Source: a virus (taxonomy: Duplodnaviria; Heunggongvirae; Uroviricota; Caudoviricetes). Taken from it: a stretch of DNA of 27,161 nucleotides. A program made the translations under genes and the position numbers. Location of the stretch: IMG/VR virus record IMGVR_UViG_3300017963_000223; one strand, given 5' to 3'. The notes beneath the pieces were generated by a model. That model saw nothing but the letters and a program-made list of their open reading frames with translations. It ran no database searches and was not told the origin of the DNA. Below are positions 1 through 7,785 of the stretch, piece by piece (position 1 is the first letter of the stretch; each line of letters opens with the position of its first letter).

Positions 1-1
1 A

Positions 2-64
2 AAAGACACGGATGAAATGGATGCCTTCTGGGGCGAAGTGAACAAAAAGGAATACCGGGGATGA
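2..64 (+). CDS. 3' end of an upstream CDS (partial, ...KDTDEMDAFWGEVNKKEYRG*)
   Basis: Open frame from the window edge to TGA 62-64, overlapping the next start as ATGA. Confidence 0.6.
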   Translation, partial: KDTDEMDAFWGEVNKKEYRG

Positions 65-534
65 TCAGAGTCTACAAAGGAATGCTTCGTGACATGCCGC
101 ATGTCACTAACTTGGATGTTCAAACGCAAGAGTTTGCTTTGGATGCGGAGGAAGTCAAGCAGTGGTTTATACAGATAGGCAAAGCTGTCTACTTAGCGCA
201 ATTAGGAAAGCGCGAGGTCGGCTTTGCTTTGATGACCTATGACAAGGAGAAGGGCACGGCCTTTATTGATCGCGTTGGCACCCACCCGAGTTTCCGACAG
301 GCAGGAGTCGGTCGGAGGCTAGTCGAACGTGTAGTGCTAGAAGCCACAACGGAGAGCGCCAAGAAGGTTCAAATGATCGTCCCGAACTACGCCATCGATG
401 ACAAGGAAGACCCTTGGAACATTGAACAGTGGCTGTGGAAGTTAGGCTTCAAGGCGGTTGGCGTGTTGACAGACCACTTCCACCGGTACGGTCGGGACTA
501 TGACGGCTACGTCTTTGAAAGGATGAAATCGTGA
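61..534 (+). CDS. GNAT-family (RimI-like) N-acetyltransferase
   Basis: Acetyl-CoA binding motif A: FIDRVGTHPSFRQAGVGRRLV; later WLWKLGF; 157 aa. Confidence 0.85.
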   Translation: MIRVYKGMLRDMPHVTNLDVQTQEFALDAEEVKQWFIQIGKAVYLAQLGKREVGFALMTYDKEKGTAFIDRVGTHPSFRQAGVGRRLVERVVLEATTESAKKVQMIVPNYAIDDKEDPWNIEQWLWKLGFKAVGVLTDHFHRYGRDYDGYVFERMKS

Positions 535-752
535 TTCACAAACCGTCTGTTGAACGTGTGACGAAGTCAGTCGACCCGGAAGGCTTCCTCAGCATCTTCC
601 AAGCGATGGCCGAAGAGGCTGAGGAGTTGGACCGGGACATCAACCAAGTTTGCATGCCATACATTGAAGACAGCGATGAGTTTGTTGAAGGTACGTGGGT
701 GCCTGAACTGTGGCTGGTCGTCAGAAAGGTGCTGCCCGATGAACACAATTGA
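531..752 (+). CDS. Hypothetical acidic protein, 73 aa
   Basis: GTG start in a GTGA overlap with the GNAT stop, preceded by GAAAGGA; fills the gap before the MTase. Confidence 0.7.
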   Translation: MIHKPSVERVTKSVDPEGFLSIFQAMAEEAEELDRDINQVCMPYIEDSDEFVEGTWVPELWLVVRKVLPDEHN

Positions 753-1476
753 CATTGCCAACATGGACGCGATTGATTGGCTGCATCACCCGCACCACGA
801 CAGGTACAGATGTATGATAGCTGACCCGCCGGATGGCATCAACCTGAAGTACCGAGGCTTCAAGGACAAGATCACCGACGAAGCTTATGAGTACATGCTG
901 TACACGATACTGAACCGTGGCACCTTTCTGTGCGACTTCATGTGGCTCAGCATCAACCCGAAGTGGGCGCCGATGCTCGGGCACGTCACCTATGAATGGC
1001 AGAAGATGCACCCTGATTGGGAGTTCAAGCCCTGTGTGCAGACATTCACGTTCGGTCAGCACAATCACAAGGACTTCGGCAACTGCCACCGTCTGTTGTA
1101 CCGATACCAGAGGAAGGGTGTGTGTCGATACATGGATGCAGTGCGAGTGCCCTCCTGGCGGCAACAGAACGGTGACAAGCGAGCCGACCCGAGGGGAAGG
1201 GTGCCAGGGGATGTCTTCGATTTCGCCCGAGTCACCGGCAACTCCAAACAGCGGCGTGCATTCAGCCCGACCCAACTTCACGAAGGCCTGTACGAGCGGT
1301 GCATCAAGTCATGTTGTGCTCCTGGGGACACCGTAGTGGATCTGTTCGCTGGGAGCGGGACGCTCGGCCGAGTGGCCCCTCGATGCGAGGTGAACGCTCT
1401 GATGATCGAGTGGAGTCGCGAGACTGTTGACAACATTCTGGCTGACCAACCAGAAACTGAGGAGGTTTACTACTGA
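739..1476 (+). CDS. Beta-class N4-C/N6-A DNA methyltransferase (N6_N4_Mtase-like) with DPPD catalytic variant
   Basis: Motif IV IADPPDG near the N-terminus; HPTQ-like SPTQLHEGL; motif I VVDLFAGSGT near the C-terminus (beta order). Start re-assigned to ATG 739 after GAAAGGTG. Confidence 0.85.
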   Translation: MNTIDIANMDAIDWLHHPHHDRYRCMIADPPDGINLKYRGFKDKITDEAYEYMLYTILNRGTFLCDFMWLSINPKWAPMLGHVTYEWQKMHPDWEFKPCVQTFTFGQHNHKDFGNCHRLLYRYQRKGVCRYMDAVRVPSWRQQNGDKRADPRGRVPGDVFDFARVTGNSKQRRAFSPTQLHEGLYERCIKSCCAPGDTVVDLFAGSGTLGRVAPRCEVNALMIEWSRETVDNILADQPETEEVYY

Positions 1477-1823
1477 TGCCGATGAAACAATGCCCGAACT
1501 GCGGCTATGTGTGGGGCTCACGCAAGAAGGTGTGCGACTGTGGTTATGAATTCATAACGGGCAGGCACCCACTGGCACCGGAGCCGGGCGCTTGGGTACT
1601 CAATGACACCAAGGGATTGCCCAAGCTGGAGCCGCCGGGAGAGTTGCCCGACGGCAAGCTCAGCACGGCCGAGATAAGGGACCAAGTAGAGTATGAAGGG
1701 CTTGGGTTCTGCATCTATGAGTATATCCCCGCCGAGAAAATCAAAGACCCCATACTGCGAGCCTTGTGGATGCGAGCACAAGACGCGATGAGGGATGTGG
1801 TCACACAAATGGAGGAAGCATGA
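1476..1823 (+). CDS. Hypothetical protein with N-terminal zinc ribbon (CPNC...CDCG)
   Basis: ORF overlaps the upstream stop (TGATG); two Cys pairs. Confidence 0.7.
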   Translation: MPMKQCPNCGYVWGSRKKVCDCGYEFITGRHPLAPEPGAWVLNDTKGLPKLEPPGELPDGKLSTAEIRDQVEYEGLGFCIYEYIPAEKIKDPILRALWMRAQDAMRDVVTQMEEA

Positions 1824-2080
1824 ATAAAGACGTGAGGGATGTTCGCGGCAATCGAATCAGACTGGGTGACATCATTGTGTACCCGGTTCGCCGAGGGTCC
1901 GAAATGGTCTTGAAAGAGGCCACCGTCTCAGACGTTCCTGGCAAGGGGTGCGTTGCCAAACGAGGCATTGTTGCCCTGAATGTTAATGGTCGGCGGGTGA
2001 TCGTCTCCCGGCCCGACCGATGTGCTGTTGTTTCCGACTTCATGGAGAACCGAAGAAAAACCGAATCCGGAGAGCAATGA
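1820..2080 (+). CDS. Hypothetical protein, 86 aa (SH3/KOW-like start IRLGDIIVY)
   Basis: GGAGG 5 nt upstream, ATGA overlap; start re-assigned from 1766. Confidence 0.7.
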   Translation: MNKDVRDVRGNRIRLGDIIVYPVRRGSEMVLKEATVSDVPGKGCVAKRGIVALNVNGRRVIVSRPDRCAVVSDFMENRRKTESGEQ

Positions 2081-2277
2081 TGCCTGCTTATGATTTCAAG
2101 TGCGCCTGTGGTGATGTGACCGAGCATCGTGTGCCGTCGACCCAGAAGACAGCCAAGTGCCCGGCGTGTGGCAAACGTGCAAAGCGGCTTCCGCCGTGTC
2201 CGAACGCCATCTGTCGTTACAGTTTATTTGAGCGGAACGCTGGGAATCCGCGAGTGACCCGTGGGAGGGGACGATGA
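2080..2277 (+). CDS. FmdB-family zinc ribbon protein
   Basis: MPAYDFKCACG...CPACG...KRL matches the MP-x-Y-x-(F/Y)-x-C CxxC/CxxC pattern; GGAGAG RBS; alternative start 2077. Confidence 0.8.
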   Translation: MPAYDFKCACGDVTEHRVPSTQKTAKCPACGKRAKRLPPCPNAICRYSLFERNAGNPRVTRGRGR

Positions 2278-3068
2278 ATCGACTCTACAATACCAGAGCC
2301 TATCTCTGTGGTGCCATGGACCGAGTGTCCGATGGTGGTGAAGTGTGGCGTTTTCGTATTCGTGAACGTCTTCCACACTTGGGAATCAACTGGCTCGACC
2401 CGACGAACAAACCAATCGACATTGGAAAGGAAGACAAAGAAAGTCGGGAGATAAGAAACCAAGCGAAGAAGGACGGGGACTATGACTTGGTCGCCACAGA
2501 GATGAAACCAATTCGATGCGTCGATCTTCGCATGGTTGATGTCTGCGACTTTGTTGTCGTTTACATTGACATCTCGACCCACGCTTGCGGAACGTATGAA
2601 GAAGTCTTCTTGGCCAATCGGCAGAAGAAGCCCGTTCTGTGTGTCATTGAGCAGGGCAAGGAGAACACCCCAAACTGGATGCTGGCAGCACTTCCACACG
2701 AGTATTTCTTCTCGTCTTGGGAAGAGTTGTACTGCTATCTGGAGAGGGTGGCCTACGACAAAACGTACAAGGATACCAAAGGCCGCTGGTACTTCTTCAA
2801 CTGGACCGGACAGTGTGAAGACGATTCCAGTTATCGTACCACCTCTGCGTACCACCCCGATCCGAGCCGACGCATCCGCACGTTGGTGAAGTCAATCGGA
2901 TGGGAGTCGTTCTCGTTCCTGCTTACTCTACTGGTGCTCTACTTCACAGTGGGCAGCGTGGAAAGGGCCAGCGTGGCGACAGGAGTCTTGTTTGGCCTCA
3001 AGGTAGGCTTCCTCTACCTGTACGAACGCCTCTGGCACAAAATCCGATGGGGGAAACACGATGCTTAA
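2274..3068 (+). CDS. Nucleoside 2-deoxyribosyltransferase-like domain fused to a C-terminal DUF2061-like membrane domain
   Basis: AYLCGAM, DLRMVDVCDFVVVY and GTYEE (NDT fold). C-terminal RTLVKSIGW...KVGFLYLYERLWHKIRWG is DUF2061-like with two hydrophobic segments. Confidence 0.75.
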   Translation: MNRLYNTRAYLCGAMDRVSDGGEVWRFRIRERLPHLGINWLDPTNKPIDIGKEDKESREIRNQAKKDGDYDLVATEMKPIRCVDLRMVDVCDFVVVYIDISTHACGTYEEVFLANRQKKPVLCVIEQGKENTPNWMLAALPHEYFFSSWEELYCYLERVAYDKTYKDTKGRWYFFNWTGQCEDDSSYRTTSAYHPDPSRRIRTLVKSIGWESFSFLLTLLVLYFTVGSVERASVATGVLFGLKVGFLYLYERLWHKIRWGKHDA

Positions 3069-3591
3069 CGACCTAAGAATAGCGTTGTACTTGTGGCAGG
3101 CGTACACTCACGCCAAGCTGTCCAATGATCGCTCGACTCAAAACGGTGCAATCATTATTGATGAGGCCAGGGAAAGCGCCTCTCCCCTGTCGGTCGGCTG
3201 GAACTCCCTGGTGCCGGGCTGGGGACACAAGGACGAAGCCTACGAGCGGCCCCTGAAGTATAGCTTGACGGAGCACGCTGAGCGGGCGGCCATCTACAAG
3301 GCGGCCCGCAAAGGGGAACGTCTTGAAGGAATGACGATGGTCGCCAACTGGGTTGCGTGCCCCGACTGCGCTCGTGCGATCGTGTGGTCCGGCATCAAGC
3401 GAGTTATCTGCCACAAGCAGTGCATGGACCGCACACCACCTCGGTGGAAGGAGATGGTCGACCTCGGCCTGGAGATTCTCACAGAGAACAGGATGCACCC
3501 CGTTGAAGTGATTCAATGGGACGGAAGCGTCAAGGATGTGACCGGCATGGAAGTGCCTAACCTCAACAGTGGCGAATTCTGGTATCCATAA
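3061..3591 (+). CDS. dCMP/cytidine deaminase-family zinc enzyme
   Basis: TEHAERAAIY (HAE) and ACPDCARAI (CxxC) motifs; N-terminal SNDRSTQNGAII is typical of dCMP deaminases. Confidence 0.9.
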   Translation: MLNDLRIALYLWQAYTHAKLSNDRSTQNGAIIIDEARESASPLSVGWNSLVPGWGHKDEAYERPLKYSLTEHAERAAIYKAARKGERLEGMTMVANWVACPDCARAIVWSGIKRVICHKQCMDRTPPRWKEMVDLGLEILTENRMHPVEVIQWDGSVKDVTGMEVPNLNSGEFWYP

Positions 3592-3601
3592 AGGAGAAAC
3601 C

Positions 3602-4147
3602 ATGCGTCTTATCGAGTATCAGTACCAAGCCGTCCGAACGGCAATCTATCCGCACACCCACAAGCTGATCTACCCAGCCCTCGGCCTGTGTGGTGAGGTG
3701 GGCGAGTTGATTGGTTATGTCAGCGCAGAGCAAGGTCTTCAACTGGCGTTGGTGTTGGACAACATCAAGAAAGAGATAGGGGACGTTCTCTGGTACGCTG
3801 CTAATGTCGCTGAGGACATGGACGTTCTTCTCTGTGAGGTCATGGAAGAAGAGAACTTCCCAGAGTACATGGGGCCTTGGGACGCCAACGAGGTGATCGG
3901 CGAGTTGCCGATTCACGCTGGTGTGGTCGCCGAGAACGTCAAGAAAACTATCAGGGACAGTAACGGAGCCCTGTCCGCCGTCAGGCGTGACAACATTGTG
4001 CTAGCTCTCCGGTGGTTGCTTCGTTGGGCGGCCCGACTCTGCTCCAATTACAATATCACGCTCGAAGAGTGTGCTCAACTCAACTTGGACAAGCTTCGCT
4101 CGCGTGCCGAGCGAGGCGTCTTGAAAGGCGACGGCGACGATCGCTGA
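3602..4147 (+). CDS. mazG: MazG-like nucleotide pyrophosphohydrolase with internal duplication
   Basis: YQYQAVRTAIYP, LGLCGEVGEL, KKEIGDVLWY, then AENVKKTIRD and NLDKLRSRAERGVLKGDGDDR. AAGGAG RBS; start re-assigned to 3602. Confidence 0.88.
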   Translation: MRLIEYQYQAVRTAIYPHTHKLIYPALGLCGEVGELIGYVSAEQGLQLALVLDNIKKEIGDVLWYAANVAEDMDVLLCEVMEEENFPEYMGPWDANEVIGELPIHAGVVAENVKKTIRDSNGALSAVRRDNIVLALRWLLRWAARLCSNYNITLEECAQLNLDKLRSRAERGVLKGDGDDR

Positions 4148-4159
4148 GAAAGGGGTACT

Positions 4160-5020
4160 ATGAGATTTCTACTTGTTGCTATGTTGTTCTGTGTGCCTGC
4201 CCAAGGGCAAACAGTGGTGGAGCTACGCAAGCATGTTGAGTACCTGGCCTCCGACGACTTGGGCGGCAGGTATCCAGCATCTCCAGGCATGCAGAAAGCC
4301 AAAGACTATGTGCGAGGCCAGTGCAAGGAACTCGGCCTAACCATGTACCTTCAGAACGTCCAGGTGAAGAGTGGAACCTGCCAGAACATCATTGCAGTGC
4401 TTCCCGGCCGCGATGAGTCGCAACGCATCGTGATCGGCGCCCACCTCGACCACATCGGCACGAGGCGCGGGCGGGTAAACAACGGGGCGGATGACAACGC
4501 CTCGGGCTCGGCCTGCGTCCTGGCGCTGGCAAAGAAGCTGTCCGGCACAACGCCTCCTGTGACTATTGAGTTCCATTGGTACACTGGCGAGGAGCAGGGG
4601 CTGATGGGCTCACGTTACTATACCAAGAGGCCGATCGGAGACATCAGCGAGTACAAGTTCATGCTGAACCTTGACATGGTCGGCCGGATGCCCAAGAACG
4701 AACTGTTTAGCGGCTCGTTCCCGTTCGACGACATCCTTGAGGCGCTGTATGCCAAGTACGACTTCGCTGAGGACATCACCTGGGCTCGGGACACGAATGA
4801 CAGCGATCATGCGTCCTGGTGGCGGGCGGGTGTGCCTGCTGTGATCCTGCACACCGGGGGCCATGCCGACTACCATCGGCCGACCGACGATGTGGACAAA
4901 ATCAACTTCCTCGGAATGTTGGACGTGTGCAAGTACGGTCTTGATCTTGTTGAGATGGTCGGCAAGAAGCTGAACGCCCCCGTCGTTGTGGTCCCGGAAG
5001 TCCCGTTCGTATTGTACTAG
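4160..5020 (+). CDS. M28-family zinc metallopeptidase with signal peptide
   Basis: GAHLDH, NGADDNASG, GEEQGLMGS, NLDMVGR, SDH, YHRPTD; hydrophobic N-terminus ending AQG. Confidence 0.92.
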   Translation: MRFLLVAMLFCVPAQGQTVVELRKHVEYLASDDLGGRYPASPGMQKAKDYVRGQCKELGLTMYLQNVQVKSGTCQNIIAVLPGRDESQRIVIGAHLDHIGTRRGRVNNGADDNASGSACVLALAKKLSGTTPPVTIEFHWYTGEEQGLMGSRYYTKRPIGDISEYKFMLNLDMVGRMPKNELFSGSFPFDDILEALYAKYDFAEDITWARDTNDSDHASWWRAGVPAVILHTGGHADYHRPTDDVDKINFLGMLDVCKYGLDLVEMVGKKLNAPVVVVPEVPFVLY

Positions 5021-5027
5021 GAGAGCC

Positions 5028-5243
5028 ATGACAAAACAAGAACTAGAAAAGTACGTCGGCACTTACGCTGTCACGAAAATGCGAATACAGTCCGACCGGG
5101 GTGAGACGATAGAGGCATACACCGACCTGTTTGTCAGAGAAGCGGTCGGAGATCAGCACCTCAAACTTCATTGGTGCGGGCTAGGAGGCGAGCTAGCAGC
5201 CAGTCGGGTTCACTACACCAAACTGTTTCTGACGACGCATTAG
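5028..5243 (+). CDS. Hypothetical protein, 71 aa
   Basis: AGGAGAG RBS overlapping the upstream TAG; start re-assigned to 5028. Confidence 0.7.
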   Translation: MTKQELEKYVGTYAVTKMRIQSDRGETIEAYTDLFVREAVGDQHLKLHWCGLGGELAASRVHYTKLFLTTH

Positions 5244-5253
5244 GAAAAGAACA

Positions 5254-5505
5254 ATGAGCTATGACGGTGTCCAACAATTCGCGGATGTGCTCAGCTACAT
5301 GCAGGAGACTCGGCAAGAGTTGCTCCGGGGTGACAACCAAGACGTTCGCCTCGGGCAACTGCTGGACGAGGCGAAGGACTGCGTCAAGGATCGCTTTGCC
5401 GAAGAGACGTTGGTCGACACAGAGATGGTCGCCCGCTCGATGGAGGCAATCGACGAGGGAGACACAAAACCGGTTCAAGAGATCATCGACGAGTTGGAAC
5501 ACTGA
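5254..5505 (+). CDS. Hypothetical acidic helical protein, 83 aa (last gene of the + operon)
   Basis: ORF with AGGAAA upstream; its stop abuts the stop of the convergent gene at 5506. Confidence 0.7.
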   Translation: MSYDGVQQFADVLSYMQETRQELLRGDNQDVRLGQLLDEAKDCVKDRFAEETLVDTEMVARSMEAIDEGDTKPVQEIIDELEH

Positions 5506-5964
5506 TCACGCTACCGACAACCCCAGGGTCTTGTGTCGACCCCGAAATGTATTCAGCAAGTTCACGGACCAAAGCTCCATGATGTTGTTCGCTGGAACCG
5601 GATCGAGAATCAAATCAATCTGCTGTTTGTCAATCGTCAAGTGGCCAATTGAAAAATCACAAGTGAGCCGGAGCAAATCATCAGGATTCTCTTTGCAGAC
5701 GGTCAAGGCCGAGCTACTTGAATCATAGTCGACCGCCAAGAGGACCAAGTCGAACGAGTCGTGCATGACAGCGAGCGAAGTCAAAACAACAAATGCCTCC
5801 TGGTCGGTCAACTCTTCCTTCCACACCCAGATTGCGTCACGCGGAAGCGTAGGCACGCTCGCCAGGAAGATGTCGTACTCATGCTGGCGGATCGGGGCCG
5901 GGAGCATCCCCTGGTGTTGAATCTGCTCCCATGCCTCGTGGGTTGTGTAGTGGTAGCCGATCAT
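5506..5964 (-). CDS. Hypothetical protein, possible ADP-ribosyltransferase-fold (HYT motif)
   Basis: Starts MIGYHYTTHEAWEQIQHQGMLP, then an aromatic strand AIWVW; AAGAGG RBS; ATGA overlap with upstream gene. Confidence 0.55.
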   Translation of the reverse strand: MIGYHYTTHEAWEQIQHQGMLPAPIRQHEYDIFLASVPTLPRDAIWVWKEELTDQEAFVVLTSLAVMHDSFDLVLLAVDYDSSSSALTVCKENPDDLLRLTCDFSIGHLTIDKQQIDLILDPVPANNIMELWSVNLLNTFRGRHKTLGLSVA

Positions 5965-6272
5965 ATCAGAAGCCTCTTGAATTCCGGCCAGACGATTTCG
6001 GCACGCACCTCTTCGACCTGCCCGGCTTGAAAGCGCTTCTTCCACATTTCGCCGTTGGACTCGCCAATCCCGGTGAGCGTGAAAGTAAACTCGGGGAAGT
6101 GTTGCGAGACATATCGCATCTCTCCTTCATGTTCGTACCAGGAGAAGAGAGACGCGACGCCGTTGTCGAAGATGAATCCTATATCAAACAAGTCGAAACA
6201 GTTTCGCACCTCTTGCAAGGCATCTTCTGTAACATTGTGCTCCAGAGTGTAGTGGGTCATGTCATCGTTCAT
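5961..6272 (-). CDS. Hypothetical phage protein, 103 aa (WYEHEGEM...FPEFTFTLTGIGE)
   Basis: AAGGAG RBS after an A/C-rich leader; start re-assigned to 6272. Confidence 0.75.
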   Translation of the reverse strand: MNDDMTHYTLEHNVTEDALQEVRNCFDLFDIGFIFDNGVASLFSWYEHEGEMRYVSQHFPEFTFTLTGIGESNGEMWKKRFQAGQVEEVRAEIVWPEFKRLLI

Positions 6273-6302
6273 CGGTTTCTCCTTGGTTAGTGTTAGTAAA
6301 TG

Positions 6303-6334
6303 CCCCACAGAGAGCCCATGGTCTCTCTGCGGGG
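6303..6334 (-). other. Strong RNA hairpin (12-bp stem), possible terminator or processing site
   Basis: On the - strand CCCCGCAGAGAG-ACCATGGG-CTCTCTGTGGGG pairs fully with one G.U; followed by a weak CATTTACT tail. Confidence 0.55.
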
Positions 6335-6463
6335 TGGTGACGTTAGGCACGGCACTCTCCGCCGAACTCCGGATCACAGCCTCTTCTCCTCACCAGCGGC
6401 CACTGGCAAGGCCGTCATCGGCTCCACGCAGCCCGAGTACAAACGAATGTCTGGCCTTAATCG

Positions 6464-6658
6464 TCACCCTTCCTTGGACTCATCAAGGGGTGCTTCGTCG
6501 GCCCTATTCAATGCGTCGGCAATGGCGTGAGCCCTCGCCGGGTCGAAGCACTCACAGACCCAGTCAGGTCTGTCGTGTACTTCCTTCTCAGTATCAACAA
6601 CAGTCGCCTCGAAACAACAGTGAGCGCTCTCGCTGCCTTTGACTACTTGGTATCGCAT
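6464..6658 (-). CDS. Hypothetical phage protein, 64 aa (HCCFEATVVD...VCECF)
   Basis: AAGGGG RBS; start overlaps upstream stop; start re-assigned to 6658. Confidence 0.7.
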   Translation of the reverse strand: MRYQVVKGSESAHCCFEATVVDTEKEVHDRPDWVCECFDPARAHAIADALNRADEAPLDESKEG

Positions 6659-6966
6659 CAGTTGCCCCTTTTCGGATGGATTGCGGACGTAGGTACGTCT
6701 GGATTCATGTCTTCCCAGTACGTTCTTAGGGAATACTTCAGCATTTCCCAATGCGTCCCACGGAACTCGTCCAATGAGCACGTCAAATGGTGAGAGTTGT
6801 TGAAGTGGCGGACCACCGCAGACACGGTTGGCAAGGATGGGTATTGCCCGTTGTCGCCCTCAAGCAGGGTTGATAGCCAAGACTCAAACATTTCTTCTTC
6901 GTGGTTGAAGGCGTCCGCTCGATCCTCAAATATCTCTCCGTCGCAGGTTTGGTAGACAGTTTTCAT
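6658..6966 (-). CDS. Hypothetical protein, 102 aa (YQTCDGEIFED...)
   Basis: AAGGA RBS and ATGA overlap at 6966; alternative start 6972. Confidence 0.7.
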   Translation of the reverse strand: MKTVYQTCDGEIFEDRADAFNHEEEMFESWLSTLLEGDNGQYPSLPTVSAVVRHFNNSHHLTCSLDEFRGTHWEMLKYSLRTYWEDMNPDVPTSAIHPKRGN

Positions 6967-7229
6967 TGCCATCCTTTCTCCGGTGTCCAGACGCTTTCGT
7001 GGCCACCGGCATGTACAAAGTCACAATAGAATTGGTCCAGGGCGTCCAGTTGTTTTGATGCTACCCTTCTGGTGCCACGGAGGTAGCGATTTCCGTACAT
7101 TGTGAACAACATTTCGTCAAGGTCCATCCGACGGGCAATGACAGCCATTCTAGCGAAGATAGCGTCCTCAAGCTGGTCGGTGGCTTCCAGTACCTTGTCT
7201 CGCTTGTCGATGAGTTTCTTGGTGATCAT
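6963..7229 (-). CDS. Hypothetical protein, 88 aa
   Basis: Tightly packed ORF with ATGA overlap. Confidence 0.65.
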   Translation of the reverse strand: MITKKLIDKRDKVLEATDQLEDAIFARMAVIARRMDLDEMLFTMYGNRYLRGTRRVASKQLDALDQFYCDFVHAGGHESVWTPEKGWQ

Positions 7230-7567
7230 ATTTGTTCTTTCTCTTCAGGGGCCGACCATAACAAGGTCTCTTCAAGTGTCGCAGAACGGAAGACACAAAC
7301 GTAAATTGAATACCGGCTGGTCTCTGCGAAAGTCAAGGAGTCAGCAAACGATTTTGGCAGCTTCATTTGCACTTCAGTCATCCCAATCCAGAAGGATTGA
7401 ACACCTTCGCTTGTCGCGCCACCGAAACCACCTAATTCACGGTACTTTTCTCTCAAATCGACATGCAGCACCAGCACATTTTCATTTTCATACACCAACG
7501 AGATGCTCTCAATAGGCTGGGCTTCATTTGGATCGTGTTGCTTGACGTTGACTTGTATCATGCTCAC
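7226..7567 (-). CDS. Hypothetical protein, about 112 aa
   Basis: GTGA overlap with upstream stop; alternative ATG 7561. Confidence 0.65.
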   Translation of the reverse strand: MSMIQVNVKQHDPNEAQPIESISLVYENENVLVLHVDLREKYRELGGFGGATSEGVQSFWIGMTEVQMKLPKSFADSLTFAETSRYSIYVCVFRSATLEETLLWSAPEEKEQI

Positions 7568-7785
7568 TCCCCGAGCCTGGCTCTGAGTTCGTCACGTTCC
7601 CGGCGGGTGGCCTCCACGTCGAAAGCCAGATACTTCACGTCGACACGGAGTTGTTGAAGGGCGTCTCTGATACGCTCCAAGATGATTTTTCTGCTGGCGT
7701 TGCTCGCTTGGATTATATTGGCAGCGGCTTGCACCGTGGGATCAGTGTAATTCAACAGAACGGTCAATGCGTCTTCTTGTCTCAT
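7564..7785 (-). CDS. Hypothetical coiled-coil protein, 73 aa
   Basis: GAGG RBS, ATGA overlap; heptad-like C-terminus. Confidence 0.7.
   Translation of the reverse strand: MRQEDALTVLLNYTDPTVQAAANIIQASNASRKIILERIRDALQQLRVDVKYLAFDVEATRRERDELRARLGE

Noticed and set aside
6273-6463. tRNA or tmRNA gene
   Set aside because: No cloverleaf, T-loop GTTCRA or CCA end recognisable; kept only as a generic structured-RNA candidate
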